Shown here piece after piece: positions 38,010 to 49,903 of a stretch of 64,000 bases of DNA (its first letter is position 1; each line of letters opens with the position of its first letter). The stretch covers positions 434,001 through 498,000 of the forward strand of contig NW_020847484.1 in NCBI RefSeq assembly GCF_003704095.1. The letters run 5' to 3'. The notes below the pieces were generated by a model. That model saw only the letters and a list, made by a program, of their open reading frames with translations, was not told where the DNA came from and made no database searches. The position numbers and the translations under genes were made by a program. Origin of the DNA: Pocillopora damicornis. Taxonomy: Eukaryota.

Positions 38010-41000
38010 CTACCAGGCTGATGTCTGTACTCGACGATGTTCAGGGATTGTCTCTGAAGTAGTCATCCATTTTTTAGAGTTCATCGGATATGGACTGTCT
38101 ATTGACAAACCAAAATTGACAAAACTTGCCGCTGAATTAGCTCCACCCCTGCAAGAAAACCAAACAGTGCAATAGTTACCACACATTCTTAATGAGACAC
38201 ATGACAAAGAGAGATGAGTAATATAAAATAGCATACATGTGATAACATGACGTGTGTTGGGTTGGAGATGGTCTGGGAAAAGTTATCCGGCCCTGTATTC
38301 CTGCAGCTTTGTAATTATTAAAATTCTACGGAAAACATGAATTCTAATTGTGAACTTGAAGATGAACTGCGACTTTTTTGTTCTAACCCAACAACTTAAG
38401 GAAAATTTTTTATTGCAGAATCATTTTTTGTGGTTGTCTTGCGTGCGTTCGTACGTGCGCCCGTCTATCGTGTCCTTCTAACGCTAGGGCCATACTTCAT
38501 GAAGCCTAGCCAACTATTTCCCTGTCGGGCTCGTCCACTCACTCAACAGGTACATAATATCTACTGCGATTGATTTAAAGGAAAAAAATCCCTATACCGT
38601 GGTGTTTGAGACAGACAAGGCATACCTTTTGATTAACAAATAACAATTTTCAAATTTTCTCTCTTCTTATTGGCCAGTCTCATTACTTTGGAGAGGAAGT
38701 ATTTTTCTTTCAAGTATTTTCCACGAGAGTTGTTATCCACCTGCCAAAACACGAGTAACGTTTGACGAAGTGACACCTTACCTGACATCAACAGAAATTG
38801 AACCTAAAGATGCAGTCGTGGCTGCAGAATCCAGCCTTGTGTTGCTGTGAGACACTTGCATTTCTCGGAAAGCTGGACTCATGTTAAGAGCTCGTTCACT
38901 TATTTTCACACCACCGATCTCTCCGCCCCAGGCAGCTCTTGGGCCTGAACGACCGCGAGTAGGACTCAAACGGAAGTCGGCTGGGAGGGATTTGCCCTCC
39001 AGAGCGTCCTTCCTTGTTCGCATTATCTGAGGCAGAAAAATAGTTTCCCGTCAGTAAATCAGGAAACAAGTGAAATGGAATTGAAAGCTGACACGAAAAC
39101 AAAACTGAACAAATACCTGTTTGAGGAAATCTTTTTTGGCATTTCCATAACCATTGAAAATATGATCAGCAAATAAAAGTCTTCCACCAGTGTACATCTG
39201 TGACAAAGTTGTGAATTTCTGTTACTTGTCTTTAAATATATCCTTACTTCATGGCTCCCATTCAGGAGAATGGACAGGAATTCCAGTGTGAGCGGGTGAA
39301 GGGAGTAGGGGGTTATTCAAATTTCAAAGGTAACACTTTACTGAGCATCATTAATAGAGTGAGCCAATAGTAACCGTGCAAACCTTACCAAGAACATTCC
39401 TGGAACGGCGTTATGTCGTCTGAGAAGAAGAGGCTGGGACTGAGTACCAAAGTGCGATGCTGATGAAATGTCGTAACGTACCAATCGGAAAGGATCATTC
39501 TGTGCCTGTCGGGAGGAAAGGGAAGAGGAGTGGATAACGTAAAAAAAAAAAAAAGTTGAGATACTGTTACAGGATTTGACCATTGTGATGACAATCATCG
39601 TTGTCAATAAGAGTACAGACCAAGATAAACCACAGGTACTGTCGATTTGTTGATAGGAACAGTGTTATCTCGTTAATAAGGGTTAAAAACACAGGGATAC
39701 CTCTAAAAATGCCATAGTACTCACACTAAGTGACTTCTGAAACGACCAAGTTGCTAAGGAAACCTTTTAATAAAAGCATGGATGAAGGAAGAAATTTTAC
39801 CTGTACACAAGGTAGAGACCTGTTACGGTTTTTCTCGTGGAACAGTTGATCCAGCATGCTGTCACAAGGATTTACATCGGGGTGTCTGTAATAGCAAAGA
39901 AAGAATATCTATTCAATGGTCCCTTATAAGCGTATGCAATTTAAATAATAGACCTCAATTGTTTAAGGAGTGGAAACGCTACCCGCAGAATAAATCTTTA
40001 TCTGGTGGATAGCGAAGCATGTTTTGTTAACACGTCCGCTGAATAGCAATGTATCTGTAGGATTGCTTTATCTTTTAAACAACTGGGCTCAAAGTGAAAA
40101 AGGGACGCATGCTGTAGAATAACACTGATGACGGGCACCGAAAAAAGAATTTTGAAGTGAGGGGCCAAACGATTAAGTTTTGTATTAAAGTGGGCCGAAG
40201 GGAGGTCCGGAGGTGGGGTCAGAGGTACCCTTGCTCAGAAAATTTTGAAAATTTAAACATACTCTATTTCCAAGTGCATTTTGAAACACTTTCGGGACAA
40301 GTTAATTGTCAGCTTCAAGCAATCTTAAAGTCAGTTTCTTTTCTTAATTTGCATACTCGTAAAAATCATCTGCAACCGCGAAAATGGAGCTCAAGTAATG
40401 GAAACACTTTACTGCAACTTTTCAATCAAAACTGCCGCAAGAAAGTCGAAAAATGACATGACGTGCAGTCACTTACTGAGATGACGTGACACTGACTACC
40501 AGCAGTTGAGTCCTGGGCACGTGCTCAGTAATAAAACAGTCGTACTCCAAGTCCGTGACGAGAGGAATCTTCCGACGATCACATCTGTGTTTAAAGAGAG
40601 TAAAATGTAAAAATTCTAATTAACGTTACGGTTTAGATTATTTGACACCGTGACGATTGAAATGGGCAGAAACATCAGCCGCAAAATCAACCTTAATTTC
40701 ACATTGTCGTAGAGTCATCTGAAAATCTTTCACTCAGTTGATCGATATTTCAATTCAGTTAAAGTACCTGCATTGTGGATCTTTCTCTCCGAGCACCTCA
40801 GATCTCAAAGCGCTAAGCAACTAGTCAAGGATTTGTAAACCAACAAAAAGGTAAACCGGTCAGTTACGTGCTGTTATCTGCTCGTCTAGCCAAATGTTTC
40901 CTTGCTTAAAGATAAATCTTCCACTTTACATTCGACTAGTTGGTGCGTCGCGTTGCAATACACAGACACATCACAGCCACACCAAAGACACAAAACCGTA

Positions 41001-44000
41001 GAGAGACCGCGTATCATGAAAATTTTGTCGGTTGGATTCTTGCTGGATTGACGTCAATGCGCAAACTGAATGAGTTCCCGCACAAAAATGTCTTGCGTCT
41101 TTATTGCTGCAAAAACTCATCATCGTTAGTCCCTTAACAACTCCAGAGGAGTAGACAGGGGCAATTGGTAGGCTCTTTGTTCAATTTTGCTGCCACATTG
41201 GTACTCGAGGATAGTAATGTATTACCATGTAATACTTGATCGAGTTTGTTTCAAATAACGCAGTGCACAGTAACTTAATAAATTATCAAAGTTGAAATAA
41301 AGCGTTACTTTCGTCGCACTTGATGTTTTCCTGCTCAAGCAAAATTTGCGAAAACTATTTCCAAGCAGAAATTTTGGTCGTCTCATTTCTTGGTTCTCGC
41401 AAATCACCAATCCACAGAATATAACTCGCACAAAATTTTCATGGCACACAGTAATGAAAGACGTTATTAACAAAAAAAATCGAAAGTTTTTTGGAAAAAG
41501 GATACACAGGACACCCACTTCTCGGAGGAGTGGCAACGCGAGCCTGCTGTGTCACTCCACAGCGGAAAGGGCTCCGTGGTGTGGTGTGCGTCGGACTGTG
41601 AGAACTAGAGAGAGAATAATAAATGTAACCTCAAAGAATTTTCATTCACTTTGAAGAAGCTAAACCTCAGCGAGTCTCAACAAATGAAATTCATACATCT
41701 CTTCTTTCTTTGATCATTGTCTGTACAGAGTTGAGGCGTTTCCAAACAGTTAAACTGGATACCAAAGTACCTACGTGAAGATACTGAAAAACGCAGACAA
41801 CATAGTGATAGTAAACTTAGCCTCTTACCCTGAAACTGCAGAGGGAACTTTACTGGCGATCCTTGAACTTTGCATGTCCCTGGTTGGTACTTCAATAGTT
41901 ACACTTCTGCTGTCTTCAATCCGCGTAACCTTGCTTTTCTCTACTGAGCTATGCGGACGTGTGCCCAACTGAGAACTAGAACGGTACCAAGATTTGCCTT
42001 TAGGGTGCGGAATGGGGGGTGCCGAGGGAGATCGACGTATAGAGGCCCTTGTCGCCTCGAACCCTGAAGGAAGAGCACCTGGCATTGATCGAGCGGAATG
42101 TGACATGGCACGGCGTTTTGAACGGGACGAAAAACGGAATGGAGGGGATATGCCAACAGCTACACGATAATGTTCCATCCAGTCAAAAATCAGGCCCCTA
42201 ACAAGAAAAATAGCAAAGAGGACAAAAAGCCATTTGAGAACAGGAAGAATATGTTCCACGTCGGAATGAAGACAAAAGCAACTTTGTGCTACATTAACCT
42301 CAGTTGAGATTCTAAATCGTCAGTCTGGGTTAAAATAATGTGCAAGTCTTAAGTTTTACTCACTTTACTTTCCGCTGGAGTTTCAATAGATCCATTTGCC
42401 ATGGTGCGTCTAAATCCAGTTCCTTTCTCTCTGGAAACTTCTCTTCTAATTCTTGTTGGCGCAACTCGAGTACTTCTGCAGAGATAGTTCCTGGGTTTTT
42501 CAGTTTCTGTTTGGTAAGAAAAAGGGAAAACAAATGAATGGTGGCTTGATTTCTTAATCTTCCTGACTTTAAAATGCTGCAAGGCTACTTACATGGGTGA
42601 GGCCCTATTACGGATTATCGGAATACGTAATATTTGGGTAGAAAATTGTAAGGCTACGGCATACTTAAGGAAAAACTCAACGGAGTACGGAATATTTAAA
42701 ATATATATTCCAGGGTATCGAACAGGGATCACAGGGATACAAACCACAGGAGTTTACAGGATACGAATTAATGGAAGATGAAGATCGGATCAAGTTGCGT
42801 CTCATTTTTTCATCTCATATCTGGCCGAACGAGCATTGATTTCAAAGACTTTGTTACCTCTGCCACGCCTCCATCACATCTCTACTCCAGCCCCCCTCCC
42901 TGTCCCCCGACCCCAGCCAACTCCGTGCAGAATATTTTAATCAATCCAATACCTGCGCTTTTCTTCTCCTCTTTTCTTCTTTCTTCTTCGTCTTTGGCTT
43001 CATGGACTGTGAATGAGATCAGAGTTTACTTGATATGTTTCGGCTGATTTCATAATACAAATACAAGTTGTAAAACACAAAGGTAACAGCTCAGTACAAA
43101 TATGGCCTCCACCATACCAGAAATAGTCATCTACACTATAACTCAGGCTGTCTTCTTTTTACCATACTTTTTGTAAACATCTAAAATCTTATTATTACAT
43201 ACCAACATGGCTGCATTTGATGAAAACTTCATGTTTGTTTGAAGATACCCCTGTGTTAAGGGAAAACATGGCTAAGTTGTTGTAATGAAAAGAACTGACT
43301 ATATTTTCAAACAAGATAATAAATTCAAACATAGAACAAAAATTTTCGCAAACACAACTGTACCAGTTCAGTAAGTTTGACAGGCTTTGATCCTTGTGGC
43401 ATTCCAACGTGGAACTTAGCTGTCTCATTCTGACAACTGAAGTACAAAGTTATACCAGCCTGACTCACGCAGCGAAGATTAATGAAGTTATTTAGCTACA
43501 GAAAAAAAACACAAAATTCTATTAAAAAAAAACGTCCCTTAAAGTTTTTCCACCCAAAGCACCATGTATCATGTTTCAATGCACTGCTGCTTTGCACCAG
43601 GGTCTCACCAACTATGAGGCTGATTAAATTCACCAGCCCCACCCGCATAGGGTGCACCATTTTTAGTATAAGAGAAAGGCAGGTCATTTAAGTATTAAAA
43701 CAATTAAATAGAACCCTGTATTCTAACAAATATTGCAAGAAAAAAATCTGCAAAGGGAATCAATGATAAAAAAAATCAAGCATAAGCTTTGAAACCTTAC
43801 TGCAATTTCTTATGTGTTTTAAAATACCCTAGAAAAGCTCACATAATAAGTTGTAAAGAAATGACATTGAAATGGGTATGATGGGTGTACATGACGATAG
43901 CCTAACTGACATACTTCCCATGAAGGTTTTTCAGCAACATGATTTCTCTGACATACTATCTCCCAGTAACTAAAGATGCCTTCACCTGCCCTTTATTCCT

Positions 44001-47000
44001 ACTCCTACAATGTACAGTAATACAAAATGAGCAAACCTGCACAACAACAGTTGTCTGTAGTCTTCCCAAAGGCCATTTCCACTTCTGCTCTATGTTACCA
44101 TCCTGAATAAAACAGTAATTTTTGTTTTAGAAAGAATCTGCGATAGAGAACAGTCAATACATCATTGTGTTTGATGTTTTCTTGTTTAGCAAATCAACAA
44201 ACACAAGGTAAAAGCCCTAGACAAACCACATCAGGTTATCACATGCATCAGGCCTCTCCTCTTTCCTTACTCATACTATTTGTGTAATCCACAAGTGACC
44301 TCAAGTGGAGAGGGTGTATTTTGTAAGCATACTTGACATTCAGTCTGAAAAGAAACTGGTGATCATGAAAAAATATGAAATGCTAGCAATTTTCTGAGCC
44401 TAAAAGAAAGGTGAACATAACAGATACAGGTGGTACTGTATTCATAAGTAACATTACTGTATTCCTACCTCTCCCATGATGGCTCCAAATTTTACAGTTG
44501 AAACAAATCTAGAAAGAGAACACACATTCATTAATTGACTAATATTGTATTGATTGATTAACTGGGTTTATAAAACTCTTGAATTACTATCTCTGAACAA
44601 AATATTGTTTCCTCAAGCAATGTTACCTGATGCTTCCATTCTTGTGGTAACAACACCCCTGGCCAGACGCCACAAATGTAGCCAGCATTGGGCTGTCTGC
44701 AGAGTCTCCATAGACAACAGTGTATCGTCCTGGTGTATTAGGGCCTGGATAACTAGCACACATTGCTATACGACCAGATGGGTAGCTGAAGGTATTATGT
44801 CATGGAAACAATAACTTCTGTATACAAATGATGCTTAAACTTGTTTATATTAAGCTTCTAGCGTCCCTGAGGGAAGTCTGGGTTGAAATGTGTTGCAAAG
44901 GCCTTACAACCCTGCGCCAAGCATGAAACAAATAAATAGATAAATAGATTATCATGCCTCCCCATTAATTACAACCAATTAGAATACATAAATTTCTGCA
45001 TATCAACAACAGGGTGTTGTAGAGTATGTCTACCAGACCAAAGTTTAAGGATTGCTATAATTCAAAAACAATGTTAACGAACATTTACAACCTGAACCTC
45101 CCAGTTTACATCAGGTGCTCAAAACTAGTACTTTGCGTCTGGAAATAATTTTCTTCCAAGAAGTTCAAACCCCCACAGCCAAACCCTGTGTGGTAACACA
45201 CACCCGATTAACACCACTGAATTGATACTGGTTTTTCTGATGATGTAGGAGGTCAAAGAAGGTGACATTGATATTATACACATTACAGAGAAATACAACA
45301 AGGATACTAGCAACAGGAGGTGCCATCAGGTAGAGAAGTAAGGAACTTCGGTCTTTTGTCCTCTTCAGACAAATTTTTCCACCGTTTTGCCCATGACACC
45401 CCTTTCTTGTATTTCATGGTTGCCTCCCTTTGGGTGTCACCATAAAACTTGGTAACTAGCGGGCCATCTATCTTAAGTTCTCTTGCTTTTTCCTTCATTT
45501 CTTCCCTGATGTAGACAAAGGAAGAGACAAAAGTAAAATTACAAGTAATTATAATCAAGAGGTGACAACAATCACAGATTGGATGTCTTCTCTGATACTG
45601 TACATTAATTATGGTATAAATACAATGCAGTGCTGTTTAATCAGATGTCTTGATCACCCTGTCCTTGTACGTATATGGAGATTATGTGATCATTCATGAC
45701 CCCTTAATTCAATAATAACCATTCAACTTTTGGCCCCTAAACAAAATTGTGGAAACATGTTAAAGTTAGAGAAAAAGCCTTACTTTTCTCTGATAACTTG
45801 CTGTAACCTTGAACGAGCCCATTCCAACAATGTCTGCCTTTCAAGATCATCAGCGTCATCTTGATGAAGTATCCAACCTTGTGTTTTTATTAAAGGACAA
45901 CCATAAATTCAATGCCAGTGTTCAGTAGTTAACCATTGATTCTTATTTCCCCTCTCAACCCTTTAAATACCAAGATCTCATTAGTAATTACTGTCTGCCA
46001 TACAGTTCTTGTGATGTTAGTTTGGAGAATTTGTTATTGGATCAACTTATAATCCCCTGACCAATATTTTCCATCATTCTCATCAATTGTCTGCTTGATA
46101 TTGAAAGGAGAAATTCTGTCTTGGTCACTCATGGGAGTTAAAGGGTTTACCCTAAGAGGAGCTTTTTTAAATCATGAAAATTATGGCAACAATTGCCAAA
46201 CTAAGAAGCATTGATTGTTAAATGAAATCTTCTTGTCAGTAGTAAAGGAAATGTATAAAGTAGAGTATAGAGAATATGGATACTGATGTTAGGATGTAAA
46301 GGGTTCAACAAATGTGATAAAATGAGTAGAAAATCACATGTTGATGCATTTCAGATACCTTTTTCTTCACAGGTCTTAGAGAGCAAGGAAAAGTTGATAA
46401 CTGTTGGTTGCCCAATCCCATGAGCAGAAGTAACTGTAAATATGAAAAGAAATATTTCAGTAACAGATAACTAATGTATTTAATGAAAAACAAAATAATA
46501 ATACATTGTAAAATGTTCAAAAGATTATTATAATTACACCCTCCGCAGGGCTCCAAGTTCAACATTTTTTCAATGTCATCATTTGGAAACAAAAAAACCT
46601 AAAATCTTTGAACTTATATTTATTTATACCAGTAACCATCTCACTAAAACCTTTACATGCCAATCATTAAAAAAGAACAAAGTGTGAAAGCTTGCTACAA
46701 GACTGCAAAACTGTCATTGAAATCGTGATAATCATTACAAAATCAGGTTTAAAATTTTTTCCTACCCATCTGTGTGACCATTAACAAATGTGAGTTGAAG
46801 CACTGGCCCAGTTCTTAACATGACAGGAAGATGAAGACCCTTACTGTATAATTAACTGCAGAAGCACTGAAAATGCAAACTAATTTTTGCAGCTGTGGTC
46901 ATGGAATCCACATCTATTCTTTGTGTTACTGCTTACTGCCCTTACCATGTAAAAGATAATTAATATACTTTTATTAAAAAATTAAAAAGAAAAAAAATCA

Positions 47001-49053
47001 AGCAACAAACCATAGGAAACAAATACTCACCATCATTGTCATTCTGAGTGTCATCATCCTCATCAAGACCTGCCTTTTTTTTCTCTGAAAGTTTTGAACA
47101 AAAAAATGATATTTGTATACAAACTTTATATACAGGTTGCAAATCAAAAAGGCCTAAACCCCTCCACCAGTGAACCACATTACACATGGCAAAGATATTT
47201 TTTTAAAAAAAATGCAAAATAAATGCAAGACACTCAGTTTGGTTAGGCTGTAGGAAGAAACACTAGGCTAGCAAGATGAGCTAATCTTGCAAATACAAGT
47301 GGCTTCATCTTGCTCAGTTATCAGTCTCCTTAACACATCAAGTATTACATTCACCATTTAATTTCTTAAATAAGAAAACTTCAGGGGAGAGTTTAATACA
47401 AGAAATTATTATTGAAATAGTTTTAAGATTTTTTTTTCGATCATATTTGTAGTTTACTTCAAATAATTAGAGTTCACAGCTTTACCAATAAGAAAATGAT
47501 CCCTGGAAGGGCATGGATTCAGAAATAACAAATAGCTAGTAGTAATGTAAATCTTCAAGGAGGTGGGGGGGGGGGGGGGGGGGGAGTAGTTAAATTGGAA
47601 TCAAAAATTGAACTAAAGGAGATAAGTTTTATTTTAAGAAAGAAAATACGTGGAAGGTGAGTAGAAATTTGTTGATAAATGTAACACTTAACTACTAGTT
47701 GTTCCACATTTTTTCTATTGTGTCCCATAAAAACTGCTACCAAAAGGTTTAATTCAGCAAAAAATAAACCTTTTGTTTCACCAAATAAATTATACACATT
47801 TCGTGACATCAGCTGCCAAAAATAACAGAACCCGCTTGATTATTCGCCGGCATATTAATTTCAATTTCTGATTTTCAAATCTACACCAAAATATTTCTGA
47901 ATAAAATCAAAATACGGATACAGGTAATTGACTCACCACTTAAAGCTTTATCGTTTAATGCTTTGAACTTTTCCAACCGTGTTTTTTTCCCAAAGTTAAA
48001 CGAAAGACGTGAAGACTCTCGACGAGGTTGATTGTCAGAATGGCTGTGATCTGTCGCAGGAGTTTGTGATCCTAAATTGAGTTCATCTGTGGTGTCTAAT
48101 TTAGAAAGAGATTCTCCAAAAGTCGATTGTCTTCGCTTATCTTTTGATTCGGATGCTCTAATTGCCGCTAACTTATCATCGCTTATCGTTTTGTTGTGAT
48201 CCATTATTCCTGTGGACGGCGACGATTTATCGTGGCCCGATTTGGAAGCGTCTACATTGGTATTAGATTCAGACATGAGCCCTAGACGTTTCTGCAAGAT
48301 CGCTTGTTCTCTGTAGCTTGTAGTTTGCCACTCACGTCGCAGATATAAAGCTCCAGCTGAAAGTTCTTCGAAATTAGCACTTAGCTTTTTGTGCAAGTCG
48401 TCCGGTAAAGAAATTACAACTCCCCCACTGCGAATAGTTTCAGAAACAATGCTATCTTCTCCAACTTCAGCTACAGGACTTGCAACCCGACAAAAATGTA
48501 AACTAGTTGATTCAATTTCCTCTAGTTCTTCTAATTGTTGTTGATGAATCTGATCGAGTAACCGTCCCAGCTGAGCTAGCAGATTTTGGGAGGCGAACTT
48601 GTTCTCCTCGAACAAGAATCTCTGAGTGTCTTCTTCGTCATCGTCTCCTTCCAGTTGTTCAAAACTCCTAATCGCTGGTGGAGAATTAAACCCTCCTGAG
48701 TTTAAACCGATGTCTGGTAAATTCAATAATTTCCCACCAGTAGGATGTGGTCTTTTACCGTCGACCTCTGCCGAGTGATCAGCTTTGGGTAGAGGGAAGT
48801 TGTTGAGCGCACCAGCCGGCCGAGACTCGGGTGTCTCGCTGTTTTCAGCCGCAAAACTCTTTTCTTTCCCTTGTGCCGCGTCACCAGCCTTTTGTTGCTG
48901 TTGTTTAAGATAGGCTTCAACTTTAACCGCTCCACTGAGACCCGTGAGTCGTAACGAAAACGGTAACAACTCGGTTGGCTTTCGAAAGCGTTTGTACTTT
49001 CGTCTCGTGCCACACTGATCGAAGAAAAACAACTCCGATTGTTGATGATACAT
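38010..49053 (-). CDS. C3orf20-like protein (FAM194/ERICH6-related domain), 21 exons
   Basis: Phase-consistent exons: 49053-47937, 47084-47031, 46433-46359, 45877-45784, 45505-45308, 44785-44627, 44508-44469, 44102-44037, 43495-43364, 43250-43203, 43006-42953, 42506-42364, 42197-41829, 41604-41506, 40812-40768, 40584-40477, 39885-39801, 39505-39389, 39197-39117, 39026-38782, 38148-38010. Motifs PDGT..CYYPSGRIA, G.G.CYH.NG, DWMEHYR, CPVALR...CRC...IPLVTDLE and PGMFLMYTGGRLLF...NGYG resemble recalled C3orf20. The start codon is uncertain. Confidence 0.85.
39574..39652. repeat. Interspersed repeat, second copy of 14340-14412
   Basis: Direct sequence similarity to the first copy. Confidence 0.75.
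39950..40090. mobile_element. Degenerate MITE with short TIRs
   Basis: Ends gacctcaattgtttaa / ttaaacaactgggctc are imperfectly complementary; internal gtggatagcg-type subrepeats. Confidence 0.5.
40813..41505 (-). other. U12-type GT-AG intron, C3orf20-like intron 14
   Basis: 5' splice site GTATCCTTT (41505-41497); branch TCCTTGAC (40831-40824) 11 nt before the 3' end; no polypyrimidine tract. The junction GT+C restores SGCPVALR. Confidence 0.93.
42592..42775. repeat. Repeat-element end with (A/C)GGGATA(C/T)-type subrepeats
   Basis: Recurrent acggattat, cggaatac, agggtatc, agggatc, agggatac, aggatac units. Confidence 0.45.
44786..45307 (-). other. U12-type GT-AG intron, C3orf20-like intron 5
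   Basis: 5' splice site GTATCCTT (45307-45300); branch-like TTTCCATGAC (44808-44799) 13 nt before the 3' end. The junction TA+C restores DGTSCCYYPSG. Confidence 0.88.
45956..46306. mobile_element. Adjacent family A (45956-46149) and family B (~46170-46306) TTAA-type MITEs
   Basis: Termini aaccctttaa ... gttaaagggttta, followed by ...gtaaagggttca. Confidence 0.65.
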
Positions 49054-49208
49054 TGCTTCTCTTGCGCGTGCAACATCAGCATTCGGCTTCGAGGATTTCA
49101 CAAACGGAGCGCAAAAGTCGCTATATTTACAAATTCACTTCCATACCTTTTGGAAATTTATTGACACTCGTTCTCTTCTAATTGCTGTGAAGAGTCATTT
49201 TGGGTAGT

Positions 49209-49222
49209 GTTGCCATGGTTCC
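49209..49222 (-). promoter_or_regulatory. RFX X-box-like motif upstream of the C3orf20-like gene
   Basis: GTTGCCATGGTTCC: a perfect GTTGCCATGG half plus a degenerate second half, about 160 bp upstream of the presumed ATG. Confidence 0.45.
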
Positions 49223-49903
49223 CGAAGAATGAATAATTAATTTAACTGCTCTTTTGCATGCGACAAGTCCTTCGTAATCATTATCAAGAAAAACTTGTTC
49301 GTTTTATTCCGAAGATATCCTTCAAATAATATCAAAATCCACTGGATCTTGATAAAAAAAAACACTGTAAATTAATGACAAATTCCCCTCAGCTTCTCCA
49401 TCAGCTGAAACAGTACTTCAATTTGTACACGTGGTGACAGAATGGCCAGACTTCTTCACTTCCACCGTTGTTTCTCTCGATCGATTGTGAAACCAAATTT
49501 GCCAACGCCTCAGCTTAGCTCCTTTTTCCAATCTGATCCTATAAATACAAGGAGAGAGAACTATTTTTATGATTGCATGCATAACCTGCATATTAATTCA
49601 AAGCCATGAAAGTTGTTCAACCGGCAACTGTGGTATCTCCATCCACTGTTTTAGAGGACTTTTACCGAAAATAGGTGTATAATAATGAAATCCAACGTAT
49701 TACTTCGTAATAATAATATTCCTTATCATGGAATAATTTGGTAAAAAGAACAACTTGTTGCAGTCCCTAATATTGGCGCCATATTGAAATTTGAATTGAC
49801 CATTCATACATAGCGTGGCAGTCACGTCAGTATACAGCGTGACTGTCACATGATTATCCAAGAGGTGACCTGAATTTAGCTCATTGACTCATTGCATTTC
49901 AGT

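Noticed and set aside
40124-40145. CTGATGA...GAAA hammerhead-like core
   Set aside because: Stem II cannot close (C opposite C) and no stems I/III are evident. The family C palindromes also lack a ribozyme core.
43251-43268. TTTTCCCTTAAC next to an acceptor in the C3orf20-like gene
   Set aside because: Too close to the AG, and the paired donor (GTACAG) is not U12-type.
47564-47584. Poly-G tract (also the C/G tracts at 50329-50426) as functional G-quadruplexes
   Set aside because: Simple intronic homopolymers, one abutting a gap, with no evidence of function.
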